DNA of 64,000 nt from Bugula neritina (lineage: Eukaryota > Animalia > Bryozoa): the NCBI GenBank assembly GCA_964035545.1, contig CAXIUT010000183.1:62001-126000 (forward strand), in the 5' to 3' direction. The notes beneath the pieces were generated by a model. The model made no database searches. It had not been told where the DNA came from and saw nothing but the letters and a program-made list of their open reading frames with translations. A program made the position numbers and the translations under genes. Of the stretch, positions 1 to 15,792 are shown piece after piece (positions within the stretch are counted from its first letter, which is position 1; each line of letters begins with the position of its first letter).

Positions 1-217
1 AGTAACACATTGAAAAATACTGTAACATACTGAAATATACTGCGACACATTGCAATATACTGTAACATCCTGAAACATGCTGTAGCACACGAAAATAGAC
101 TGCAGCTCACTGAAATATACTGCAACATACTGAAATTCACTGCAGCATTCTACAACATGCTGAAATACACTGTAACATATTGAATTACACTGCAACACAT
201 TCAAATATACTGCAATA

Positions 218-234
218 TACCGAAATATATGGTA
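218..234. other. Example of the recurring 17-bp dyad box TACC-N9-GGTA that punctuates the array every ~170-300 bp
   Basis: taccgaaatatatggta here; variants taccaaaatatatggta, tacctaaatatacggta and tacctaaatatccggta occur throughout. The motif is directly visible; its function is unknown. Confidence 0.75.
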
Positions 235-2564
235 AACTACTGAAACCTACTGTAACACATTGAAAAATACTGCAAGATACTGAAATATACTGCGACACAA
301 TGCAATATACTGTAACATACTGAGATATGCTGTAGCACACTGAAATACACTGCAACTCACTGAAATGTACTGCAACATACTGAAATACACTGTAACATTC
401 TACAACATACTGAAATACACAGTATTATGATGAAATACACTGTAACATACTGAAATTCACTGCAAAATACTACAACATATTGAAATACAATGCAACACAT
501 TGAACTATACTGCAACATACCTAAATATACGGAAATATACTGAAATATACTGTAACACACTGAAATATACTGCAACATACTGAAATATACTGCAAGATAC
601 TGCAACATACCGAAATACACTGGGACATACTGAAACACACTGCAACATACTGCATTATACTGACATACACTGGAACATATTGAAATACACTGCAACATCC
701 TACAACATGCTGAAATACTCTGTAACATATTGAAATACACTGCAACACATTGAAATATACTGCCACATACCGAAATATATGGTGAACTACTGAAATATAC
801 TGTGACACATTGAAAAATACTGCAACATACTGAAATACACTGTAACATACTGAAATAAACTGCAACATACTGAAATACACTGCAACACACTGAAATACTT
901 CGCAAAATACTACAACTTACTGAAATACACTGTAACATATTGAAACACACTGCAACACATTGAAATATACTGCAATGTACCGAAATATATGGTAAACTAC
1001 TGAAATATACGGTAACACATTGAAAAATACTGCAAGATACTGAAATAAACTGCGACACATTGCAATATACTGTAACATACTGAAATATGCTGTAGCACAC
1101 TGAGATACACTGCAACTCACTGAAATATACTGCAACATATTGAAATACACTGCAAGATCCTATAACATGCTGAAATACACTGTAACATATTGAAATAAAG
1201 TGCAGCACATTGAACTATACTGCGACATACCGAAATATATGGTAAACTAGTGAAATATACTGCAACATACTGAAATATACTGTAACACAATGAAATATAC
1301 TGCAACATACTGAAATACACTGTAACACACTGAAATAAACTGCAACATACTGAAATACACTGCAACATCCTACAACATACTGAAATACACTGTAACATAT
1401 TGAAACACACTGCAACACATTAAAATATACTGCAATGTACCGAATTATATGGTGAACTACTGAAATATACTGTAACACATTGAAAAATACTGCAAGATAC
1501 TGAAATATACTGCGACACATTGCAATATACTGTAACATACTGAAATATGCTATAGCACACTGAAATACACCGCAACTCACTGAAATATACTGCAACATAT
1601 TGAAATACACTGCAACATTCTACAACATGCTGAAACACACTGTAACGTATTGAAATACACTGCAACACATTGAAATATACTGCAACATACCGAAATATAT
1701 GGTAAACTACTGAAATATACTGTAACACATTGAAAAATACTGCAACATACTGAAATACACTGCAACCCACTGAAATACATCGCAAAAGACTACAACATAC
1801 TGAAACACACTGTAACATACTGAAATACACTGCAACAAACTACAACATATTGAAATACACTGCAACACATTGAAATATACTGCAACATACCTAAATATAC
1901 GGTAATATACCGAAAAAAAAACTGTAACAGAGTGAAAAATTCTGCAACACACTGAAATAAACTGCAACACACTGAAATACAGCGCAAAATACTACATTAT
2001 ACTGAAATACACTGTAACATATTGCAATACACTGCAACACTTTGAAATATACTGCAACATACCGAAATATATGGTAAACTACTAAAAGATACTGTAATAC
2101 TTTGAAAAATAGTGCAACACACTGAAATATACTCTGACACATTGCAATATACTGTAACATACTGAAATATGCTGTAGCACACTGAAATACACTGCAACTC
2201 ACTGAAATATACTGCAACATACTGAAATACACTGTAACATATTGAAACATACTGCAACATACTGCAACATACTGAAATACACTGTAACATACTGAAATAC
2301 ATTGCAAAATACTACAACATATTGAAACACACTGTAACACATTGAAATATACTACAACATACCTAAATATCCGGTAATATACTGAAATATACTGTAACAC
2401 ATTGAAAAATACTGCAACATACTGAAATACACTGCAACCCACTGAAATACATCGCAAAATACTACAACATACTGAAATACACTGTAACATACTGAAATAC
2501 ACTGCAACACATTGAAATATACTGCAACCTACAGAAATATATGGTAAACTACTGAAATATACTG

Positions 2565-5300
2565 TAACACATTGAAAAATACTGCAACACACTGAAACAT
2601 ACTGCGACACATTGCAATATACTGTAACATACTGAAACATACTGTAGCACACTGAAATAGACTGCAGCTCACTGAAATATACTGCATTATACTGAAATTC
2701 ACTGCAGCATCCTACAACATGCTGAAATACACTGTAACATATTGAAATACGCTGCAACACTTTGAAATATACTGCAACATACCGAAATATATGGTAAACT
2801 ACTAATATATACTGTAACACTCTGAAAAATAGTGCAACATACTGAAATATACTGCGACACTTTGCAATGTACTGCAACATACTGAAATATACTGTAACAC
2901 ACTGAAATATACTGCAACATACTGAAATACACTGTAACATACTGAAATAAATTGCAACATACCAAAATATATGGTAAACTACTGAAATATACTTTAACAC
3001 ATTGAAAAATACTGCAACATACTAAAGTATACTGTAACACACTGCAAGATACTGCAACATACCGAAATACACTGTAACATACTGAAACACACTGCAACAT
3101 ACTGCATTACACTGACATACACTGGAACATATTGAAATACACTGCAACATCCTACAACATGCTGAAATACACTGTAACATATTGAAATACACTGCAACAC
3201 AATGAAATATACTGCAACATACCAAAATAAATGGTAAACTACTGAAATATACTTTAACACATTGAAAAATACTGCAACATACTGAAATATACTGTAACAC
3301 ACTGAAATATACTGCAACATACTGAAATACACTGTAACATACTGAAATAAACTGCAACATACTGAAATACACTGCAACATCCTACACCATACTGAATTAC
3401 ACTGTAACATATTGAAATACACTGCAACACATTGAAAAATACTGCAACATACCGAAATATATGGTAAACTATTGAATTATACTGTAACACATTGAAAAAT
3501 AGTGAAACACACTGAAATATACTCTGACACAATGCAATATACTGTAACATACTGAAATATGCTGTAGCACACTGAAATACACTGCGACTCACTGAAATAT
3601 ACTGCAACATACTGAAAAACACTGTAACATATTGAAACATACTGCAACATACTGCAACATACTGAAATACACTGTAACATACTGAAATAAATTGCAAAAT
3701 ACTACAACATATTGAAATACACTGCAACACATTGAAATATACTGCAACATACCTAAATATCCGGTAATATACTGAAATATACTGTAACACATTGAAAAAT
3801 GCTGCAACATACTGAAATACACTGCAACCCACTGAAATACATCGCAAAAGACTACAACATACTGAAATACACTGTAACATATTGAAATACACTCCAACAA
3901 ATTGAAATATACTGCAACCTATAGAAATATATGGTAAACTACTGAAATATACTGTAACACAATGAAAAATACTGCAACATATTGAAACATAGTGCGACAC
4001 ATTGCAATATACTGTAACATACTGAAACATGCTGTAGCACACTGAAATAGACTGCAGCTCACTGAAATATACTGCAACATACTGAAATACACTGCAACAT
4101 CCTACAACATGCTGAAATACACTGTAACATGTTGAAATACACTGCAACACAATGAAGTATACTGCAACATACCAAAATGTATGGTAAACTACTGAAATAT
4201 ACTTTAACACATTGAAAAATAGTGCAACATACTGAAATATACTGTAACACACTGAAATATACTGCAACATACTGAAATACACTGTAACATACTGAAATAA
4301 ACTGCAACATACTGAAATACACTGCAACATCCTACAACATACTGAATTACACTGTAACATATTGAAATACACTGCAACACATTGAAAAATACTGCAACAT
4401 ACCGAAATATATGGTAAACTATTGAATTATACTGTAACACATTGAAAAATACTGAAACACACTGAAATATACTCTGACACAATGCAATATACTGTAACAT
4501 ACTGAAATATGCAGTAGCACACTGAAATACACTGCGACTCACTGAAATATACTGCAACATACTGAAAAACACTGTAACATATTGAAACATACTGCAACAT
4601 ACTGCAACATACTGAAATACACTGTAACATACTGAAATACATTGCAAAATACTACAACATATTGAAATACACTGCAACACATTGAAATATACTGCAACAT
4701 ACCGAAATATCCGGTAATATACTGAAATATACTGTAACACATTAAAAAATACTGCAACATACTGAAATACACTGCAACCCACTGAAATACATCGCAAAAG
4801 ACTACAACATACTGAAACACACTGTAACATATTGAAATACACTGCAACACATTGAAATATACCGCACCATACCTAAATATACGGTAATATACTGAAATAT
4901 ACTGTAACACATTGAAAAATACTGCAAGATACTGAAATATACTGTGACACATTGCAATATACTGTAACATACTGAAATATGCTCAATCACACTGAAATAC
5001 ACTGCACCTCACTGAAATATACTGCAACATACTGAAATACACTGCAACATCCTACAACATACTGAAATACACTGCAGCATATTGAAAGACACTGCTAGAT
5101 AATGAAATATACTGCAACATACCAAAATACATGGTAAACTACTGAAATATATTTTAACACATTGAAAAATACTGCAACATACTGAAATATACTGTAACAC
5201 ACTGAAATATACTGCAACATACTGAAATACACTGCTACATACTGAAATATACTGCAACATACTGCAACATACTGAAATACACTGTAACATACTGAATACA
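2565..5300 (+). repeat. Core block C, copy 1
   Basis: Near-identical to 8818-11553 at offset 6253. Diagnostic words include actaaagtat, cctacaccat, actccaacaa, gcagtagc, gctcaatcac and ctgctagataatg. Confidence 0.9.
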
Positions 5301-8300
5301 TTGCAATATACTACAACATATTGAAATACACTGTAACACATTGAAATATACTACAACATACCTAAATATCCGGTAATATACTGAAATATACTGTAACACA
5401 TTGAAAAATACTGCAACATACTGAAACATACTGCGACACATTGCAATATACTGTAACATACTGAAACATGCTGTAGCACACTGAAATAGACTGCAGCTCA
5501 CTGAAATATACTGCAACATACTGAAATACACTGCTACATACTGAAATATACTGCAACATACTGCAACATACTGAAATACACTGTAACATACTGAAATACA
5601 CTGCAACAAACTACAACATATTGAAATACACTGCAACACATTGAAACATACTGCAACATACCTGAATATACGGTAATATACCGAAAAAAAAACTGTAACA
5701 GATTGAAAAATTCTGCAACATACTGAAATAAACTGCAACACACTGAAATACAGCGCAAAACACTACAACATACTGAAATACACTGTAACATATTGAAATA
5801 CACTGCAACACTTTGAAATATACTGCAACATACCGAAATATATGGTAAACTACTTGAATATACTGTAACACTTTGAAAAATAGTGCAACACACTGAAATA
5901 TACTCTGACACATTGCAATATACTGTAACATACTGAAATATGCTGTAACACACTGAAACACACTGCAACTCACTGAAATATACTGAAATATACTGCGACA
6001 CATTGCAATATACCGTAACATACTGAAGTATGCTGTAGCAGACTGAACTACACTGCAACTCACTGAAATACACTGCAACATACTGAAATAAACTGTAACA
6101 TATTGAAACATACCGCAACATACTGCAACATACTGAAATACACTGTAACATACTGAACTACACTGCAAAATACTACAACATATTGAAATACACTGCAACA
6201 CATTGAAATATACTGCAACATACCTAAATATACGGTAATATACCGCAAAATACAGTAACACATTGAAAAATACTGTAACATACTGAAATATACTGCGACA
6301 CATTGCAATATACTGTAACATCCTGAAACATGCTGTAGCACACTAAAATAGACTGCAGCTCACTGAAATATACTGCAACATACTGAAATTCACTGCAGCA
6401 TCCTACAACATGCTGAAATACACTGTAACATATTGAATTACACTGCAACACATTCAAATATACTGCAATATACCGAAATATATGGTAAACTACTGAAACC
6501 TACTGTAACACATTGAAAAATACTGCAAGATACTGAAATATACTGCGACACAATGCAATATACTGTAACATACTGAGATATGCTGTAGCACACTGAAATA
6601 CACTGCAACTCACTGAAATGTACTGCAACATACTGAAATACACTGTAACATTCTACAACATACTGAAATACACAGTATTATGATGAAATACACTGTAACA
6701 TACTGAAATTCACTGCAAAATACTACAACATATTGAAATACAATGCAACACATTGAACTATACTGCAACATACCTAAATATACGGAAATATACTGAAATA
6801 TACTGTAACACACTGAAATATACTGCAACATACTGAAATATACTGCAAGATACTGCAACATACCGAAATACACTGGGACATACTGAAACACACTGCAACA
6901 TACTGCATTATACTGACATACACTGGAACATATTGAAATACACTGCAACATCCTACAACATGCTGAAATACTCTGTAACATATTGAAATACACTGCAACA
7001 CATTGAAATATACTGCCACATACCGAAATATATGGTGAACTACTGAAATATACTGTGACACATTGAAAAATACTGCAACATACTGAAATACACTGTAACA
7101 TACTGAAATAAACTGCAACATACTGAAATACACTGCAACACACTGAAATACTTCGCAAAATACTACAACTTACTGAAATACACTGTAACATATTGAAACA
7201 CACTGCAACACATTGAAATATACTGCAATGTACCGAAATATATGGTAAACTACTGAAATATACGGTAACACATTGAAAAATACTGCAAGATACTGAAATA
7301 AACTGCGACACATTGCAATATACTGTAACATACTGAAATATGCTGTAGCACACTGAGATACACTGCAACTCACTGAAATATACTGCAACATATTGAAATA
7401 CAGTGCAAGATCCTATAACATGCTGAAATACACTGTAACATATTGAAATAAAGTGCAGCACATTGAACTATACTGCGACATACCGAAATATATGGTAAAC
7501 TAGTGAAATATACTGCAACATACTGAAATATACTGTAACACAATGAAATATACTGCAACATACTGAAATACACTGTAACACACTGAAATAAACTGCAACA
7601 TACTGAAATACACTGCAACATCCTACAACATACTGAAATACACTGTAACATATTGAAACACACTGCAACACATTAAAATATACTGCAATGTACCGAATTA
7701 TATGGTGAACTACTGAAATATACTGTAACACATTGAAAAATACTGCAAGATACTGAAATATACTGCGACACATTGCAATATACTGTAACATACTGAAATA
7801 TGCTATAGCACACTGAAATACACCGCAACTCACTGAAATATACTGCAACATATTGAAATACACTGCAACATTCTACAACATGCTGAAACACACTGTAACG
7901 TATTGAAATACACTGCAACACATTGAAATATACTGCAACATACCGAAATATATGGTAAACTACTGAAATATACTGTAACACATTGAAAAATACTGCAACA
8001 TACTGAAATACACTGCAACCCACTGAAATACATCGCAAAAGACTACAACATACTGAAACACACTGTAACATACTGAAATACACTGCAACAAACTACAACA
8101 TATTGAAATACACTGCAACACATTGAAATATACTGCAACATACCTAAATATACGGTAATATACCGAAAAAAAAACTGTAACAGAGTGAAAAATTCTGCAA
8201 CACACTGAAATAAACTGCAACACACTGAAATACAGCGCAAAATACTACATTATACTGAAATACACTGTAACATATTGCAATACACTGCAACACTTTGAAA

Positions 8301-8817
8301 TATACTGCAACATACCGAAATATATGGTAAACTACTAAAAGATACTGTAACACTTTGAAAAATAGTGCAACACACTGAAATATACTCTGACACATTGCAA
8401 TATACTGTAACATACTGAAATATGCTGTAGCACACTGAAATACACTGCAACTCACTGAAATATACTGCAACATACTGAAATACACTGTAACATATTGAAA
8501 CATACTGCAACATACTGCAACATACTGAAATACACTGTAACATACTGAAATACATTGCAAAATACTACAACATATTGAAACACACTGTAACACATTGAAA
8601 TATACTACAACATACCTAAATATCCGGTAATATACTGAAATATACTGTAACACATTGAAAAATACTGCAACATACTGAAATACACTGCAACCCACTGAAA
8701 TACATCGCAAAATACTACAACATACTGAAATACACTGTAACATACTGAAATACACTGCAACACATTGAAATATACTGCAACCTACAGAAATATATGGTAA
8801 ACTACTGAAATATACTG
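5301..8817 (+). repeat. Spacer block X (full copy)
   Basis: Matches 24443-27959 at offset 19142, and its 3' part matches window positions 1-2564. Diagnostic words: cagtattatgatg, ctgggacat, aactagtg, cagagtgaaa. Confidence 0.9.
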
Positions 8818-11553
8818 TAACACATTGAAAAATACTGCAACACACTGAAACATACTGCGACACATTGCAATATACTGTAACATACTGAAACATACTGTAG
8901 CACACTGAAATAGACTGCAGCTCACTGAAATATACTGCATTATACTGAAATTCACTGCAGCATCCTACAACATGCTGAAATACACTGTAACATATTGAAA
9001 TACGCTGCAACACTTTGAAATATACTGCAACATACCGAAATATATGGTAAACTACTAATATATACTGTAACACTCTGAAAAATAGTGCAACATACTGAAA
9101 TATACTGCGACACTTTGCAATGTACTGCAACATACTGAAATATACTGTAACACACTGAAATATACTGCAACATACTGAAATACACTGTAACATACTGAAA
9201 TAAACTGCAACATACCAAAATATATGGTAAACTACTGAAATATACTTTAACACATTGAAAAATACTGCAACATACTAAAGTATACTGTAACACACTGCAA
9301 GATACTGCAACATACCGAAATACACTGTAACATACTGAAACACACTGCAACATACTGCATTACACTGACATACACTGGAACATATTGAAATACACTGCAA
9401 CATCCTACAACATGCTGAAATACACTGTAACATATTGAAATACACTGCAACACAATGAAATATACTGCAACATACCAAAATAAATGGTAAACTACTGAAA
9501 TATACTTTAACACATTGAAAAATACTGCAACATACTGAAATATACTGTAACACACTGAAATATACTGCAACATACTGAAATACACTGTAACATACTGAAA
9601 TAAACTGCAACATACTGAAATACACTGCAACATCCTACACCATACTGAATTACACTGTAACATATTGAAATACACTGCAACACATTGAAAAATACTGCAA
9701 CATACCGAAATATATGGTAAACTATTGAATTATACTGTAACACATTGAAAAATAGTGAAACACACTGAAATATACTCTGACACAATGCAATATACTGTAA
9801 CATACTGAAATATGCTGTAGCACACTGAAATACACTGCGACTCACTGAAATATACTGCAACATACTGAAAAACACTGTAACATATTGAAACATACTGCAA
9901 CATACTGCAACATACTGAAATACACTGTAACATACTGAAATAAATTGCAAAATACTACAACATATTGAAATACACTGCAACACATTGAAATATACTGCAA
10001 CATACCTAAATATCCGGTAATATACTGAAATATACTGTAACACATTGAAAAATGCTGCAACATACTGAAATACACTGCAACCCACTGAAATACATCGCAA
10101 AAGACTACAACATACTGAAATACACTGTAACATATTGAAATACACTCCAACAAATTGAAATATACTGCAACCTATAGAAATATATGGTAAACTACTGAAA
10201 TATACTGTAACACAATGAAAAATACTGCAACATATTGAAACATAGTGCGACACATTGCAATATACTGTAACATACTGAAACATGCTGTAGCACACTGAAA
10301 TAGACTGCAGCTCACTGAAATATACTGCAACATACTGAAATACACTGCAACATCCTACAACATGCTGAAATACACTGTAACATGTTGAAATACACTGCAA
10401 CACAATGAAATATACTGCAACATACCAAAATGTATGGTAAACTACTGAAATATACTTTAACACATTGAAAAATAGTGCAACATACTGAAATATACTGTAA
10501 CACACTGAAATATACTGCAACATACTGAAATACACTGTAACATACTGAAATAAACTGCAACATACTGAAATACACTGCAACATCCTACAACATACTGAAT
10601 TACACTGTAACATATTGAAATACACTGCAACACATTGAAAAATACTGCAACATACCGAAATATATGGTAAACTATTGAATTATACTGTAACACATTGAAA
10701 AATACTGAAACACACTGAAATATACTCTGACACAATGCAATATACTGTAACATACTGAAATATGCAGTAGCACACTGAAATACACTGCGACTCACTGAAA
10801 TATACTGCAACATACTGAAAAACACTGTAACATATTGAAACATACTGCAACATACTGCAACATACTGAAATACACTGTAACATACTGAAATACATTGCAA
10901 AATACTACAACATATTGAAATACACTGCAACACATTGAAATATACTGCAACATACCGAAATATCCGGTAATATACTGAAATATACTGTAACACATTGAAA
11001 AATACTGCAACATACTGAAATACACTGCAACCCACTGAAATACATCGCAAAAGACTACAACATACTGAAACACACTGTAACATATTGAAATACACTGCAA
11101 CACATTGAAATATACCGCACCATACCTAAATATACGGTAATATACTGAAATATACTGTAACACATTGAAAAATACTGCAAGATACTGAAATATACTGTGA
11201 CACATTGCAATATACTGTAACATACTGAAATATGCTCAATCACACTGAAATACACTGCACCTCACTGAAATATACTGCAACATACTGAAATACACTGCAA
11301 CATCCTACAACATACTGAAATACACTGCAGCATATTGAAAGACACTGCTAGATAATGAAATATACTGCAACATACCAAAATACATGGTAAACTACTGAAA
11401 TATATTTTAACACATTGAAAAATACTGCAACATACTGAAATATACTGTAACACACTGAAATATACTGCAACATACTGAAATACACTGCTACATACTGAAA
11501 TATACTGCAACATACTGCAACATACTGAAATACACTGTAACATACTGAATACA
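8818..11553 (+). repeat. Core block C, copy 2
   Basis: Same diagnostic words as copy 1; ORF-track offsets are 6253 to copy 1 and 4239 to copy 3. Confidence 0.9.
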
Positions 11554-13056
11554 CTGCAACAAACTACAACATATTGAAATACACTGCAACACATTGAAAT
11601 ATACTGCAACATACCTAAATATACGTTAATATAGCGGAAAAAAACTGTAACAGATTGAAAAACTCTGCAACATACTGAAATATACTGCGACACATTGCAA
11701 TATACTGTAACATACCGAAATATGCTCTAGCACACTGAAATACACTGCAACCCACTGAAATATACTGCAACATACTGAAATACACTGCAACACATTGAAA
11801 TACACTGCAACATACCAAAATAAATGGTAAATTACTGAAATATACTTAAACACATTGAAAAATACTGCAACATACTGAAATATACTGTAACACAATGAAA
11901 TATACTGCAACATACTGAAATACACTGTAACACACTGAAATAAACTGCAACATACTGAAATACACTGCAACATCCTACAACATACTGAAATACACTGTAA
12001 CATATTGAAACACACTGCAACACATTAAAATATACTGCAATGTACCGAATTATATGGTGAACTACTGAAATATACTGTAACACATTGAAAAATACTGCAA
12101 GATACTGAAATATACTGCGACACATTGCAATATACTGTAACATACTGAAATATGCTATAGCACACTGAAATACACCGCAACTCACTGAAATATACTGCAA
12201 CATATTGAAATACACTGCAACATTCTACAACATGCTGAAACACACTGTAACGTATTGAAATACACTGCAACACATTGAAATATACTGCAACATACCGAAA
12301 TATATGGTAAACTACTGAAATAGACTGTAACACATTGCAAAAGACTGCAACATACTGAAATATACTGCGACACATTGCAATATACTGTAACATACTGAAA
12401 TATGCTCTAGCACACTGAAATACACTGCAACTCACTGAAATATACTGCAACATACTGAAATACACTGCAACACATTGAAATATACCGCAACATACCAAAA
12501 TATATGGTAAACTACTGAAATATACTTTAACACATTGAAAAATACTGCAACATACTGAAATATACTGTAACACACTGAAATATACTGCAACATACTGAAT
12601 TACACTGTAACATACCGAAATAAACTGCAACATACTGAAATACACTGCTACATACTGAAATATAACTCAACATACTGCAACGTACTGAAATACACTGTAA
12701 CATATTGAAATACACTGCAACATACTACAAAATATTGAAATACACTGCAACACATTGAAATATTCTCCAATATACCTAAATATACGGTAATATACCGAAA
12801 ACACCGTAACGCATTGAAAAATTCTGCAACATACTGAAATATACTGTAACACACTGAAATATACTGCAACATACTGAAATACACTGTAACATACTGAAAT
12901 AAACTGCAACATACTGAAATACACTGCTACATACTGAAATATACTGCAACATACTGCAACATACTGAAATACACTGTAAAATACTGAAATACACTGCAAC
13001 ACATTGAAATATACTCCAATATACCTAAATATACGGTAAACTACTGAAATATACTT
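11554..13056 (+). repeat. Spacer block Y, copy 1 (further copies at 20204-21706 and 30696-32198)
   Basis: Diagnostic words acgttaatatagcgga, tataactcaa, tattctccaa and acaccgtaacgc recur at offsets 8650 and 19142. Confidence 0.9.
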
Positions 13057-15792
13057 TAACACATTGAAAAATACTGCAACACACTGAAACATACTGCGAC
13101 ACATTGCAATATACTGTAACATACTGAAACATACTGTAGCACACTGAAATAGACTGCAGCTCACTGAAATATACTGCATTATACTGAAATTCACTGCAGC
13201 ATCCTACAACATGCTGAAATACACTGTAACATATTGAAATACGCTGCAACACTTTGAAATATACTGCAACATACCGAAATATATGGTAAACTACTAAAAT
13301 ATACTGTAACACTCTGAAAAATAGTGCAACATACTGAAATATACTGCGACACTTTGCAATGTACTGCAACATACTGAAATATACTGTAACACACTGAAAT
13401 ATACTGCAACATACTGAAATACACTGTAACATACTGAAATAAACTGCAACATACCAAAATATATGGTAAACTACTGAAATATACTTTAACACATTGAAAA
13501 ATACTGCAACATACTAAAGTATACTGTAACACACTGCAAGATACTGCAACATACCGAAATACACTGTAACATACTGAAACACACTGCAACATACTGCATT
13601 ACACTGACATACACTGGAACATATTGAAATACACTGCAACATCCTACAACATGCTGAAATACACTGTAACATATTGAAATACACTGCAACACAATGAAAT
13701 ATACTGCAACATACCAAAAGAAATGGTAAACTACTGAAATATACTTTAACACATTGAAAAATACTGCAACATACTGAAATATACTGTAACACACTGAAAT
13801 ATACTGCAACATACTGAAATACACTGTAACATACTGAAATAAACTGCAACATACTGAAATACACTGCAACATCCTACACCATACTGAATTACACTGTAAC
13901 ATATTGAAATACACTGCAACACATTGAAAAATACTGCAACATACCGAAATATATGGTAAACTATTGAATTATACTGTAACACATTGAAAAATAGTGAAAC
14001 ACACTGAAATATACTCTGACACAATGCAATATACTGTAACATACTGAAATATGCTGTAGCACACTGAAATACACTGCGACTCACTGAAATATACTGCAAC
14101 ATACTGAAAAACACTGTAACATATTGAAACATACTGCAACATACTGCAACATACTGAAATACACTGTAACATACTGAAATAAATTGCAAAATACTACAAC
14201 ATATTGAAATACACTGCAACACATTGAAATATACTGCAACATACCTAAATATCCGGTAATATACTGAAATATACTGTAACACATTGAAAAATGCTGCAAC
14301 ATACTGAAATACACTGCAACCCACTGAAATACATCGCAAAAGACTACAACATACTGAAATACACTGTAACATATTGAAATACACTCCAACAAATTGAAAT
14401 ATACTGCAACCTATAGAAATATATGGTAAACTACTGAAATATACTGTAACACAATGAAAAATACTGCAACATATTGAAACATAGTGCGACACATTGCAAT
14501 ATACTGTAACATACTGAAACATGCTGTAGCACACTGAAATAGACTGCAGCTCACTGAAATATACTGCAACATACTGAAATACACTGCAACATCCTACAAC
14601 ATGCTGAAATACACTGTAACATGTTGAAATACACTGCAACACAATGAAATATACTGCAACATACCAAAATGTATGGTAAACTACTGAAATATACTTTAAC
14701 ACATTGAAAAATAGTGCAACATACTGAAATATACTGTAACACACTGAAATATACTGCAACATACTGAAATACACTGTAACATACTGAAATAAACTGCAAC
14801 ATACTGAAATACACTGCAACATCCTACAACATACTGAATTACACTGTAACATATTGAAATACACTGCAACACATTGAAAAATACTGCAACATACCGAAAT
14901 ATATGGTAAACTATTGAATTATACTGTAACACATTGAAAAATACTGAAACACACTGAAATATACTCTGACACAATGCAATATACTGTAACATACTGAAAT
15001 ATGCAGTAGCACACTGAAATACACTGCGACTCACTGAAATATACTGCAACATACTGAAAAACACTGTAACATATTGAAACATACTGCAACATACTGCAAC
15101 ATACTGAAATACACTGTAACATACTGAAATACATTGCAAAATACTACAACATATTGAAATACACTGCAACACATTGAAATATACTGCAACATACCGAAAT
15201 ATCCGGTAATATACTGAAATATACTGTAACACATTGAAAAATACTGCAACATACTGAAATACACTGCAACCCACTGAAATACATCGCAAAAGACTACAAC
15301 ATACTGAAACACACTGTAACATATTGAAATACACTGCAACACATTGAAATATACCGCACCATACCTAAATATACGGTAATATACTGAAATATACTGTAAC
15401 ACATTGAAAAATACTGCAAGATACTGAAATATACTGTGACACATTGCAATATACTGTAACATACTGAAATATGCTCAATCACACTGAAATACACTGCACC
15501 TCACTGAAATATACTGCAACATACTGAAATACACTGCAACATCCTACAACATACTGAAATACACTGCAGCATATTGAAAGACACTGCTAGATAATGAAAT
15601 ATACTGCAACATACCAAAATACATGGTAAACTACTGAAATATATTTTAACACATTGAAAAATACTGCAACATACTGAAATATACTGTAACACACTGAAAT
15701 ATACTGCAACATACTGAAATACACTGCTACATACTGAAATATACTGCAACATACTGCAACATACTGAAATACACTGTAACATACTGAATACA
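13057..15792 (+). repeat. Core block C, copy 3
   Basis: 372-aa ORF marker at 13746; carries the after-Y variant ctactaaaat. Confidence 0.9.

Noticed and set aside
218-234. Canonical CENP-B box
   Set aside because: Same 17-bp length and TTCG on the minus strand, but the required TTCG-N4-A-N2-CGGG pattern is not present.
1913-1921. A9 tract as a retroelement poly(A) tail or intrinsic terminator
   Set aside because: It replaces the AAATATA of one monomer in register. There is no element body, target-site duplication, GC-rich stem or upstream gene.
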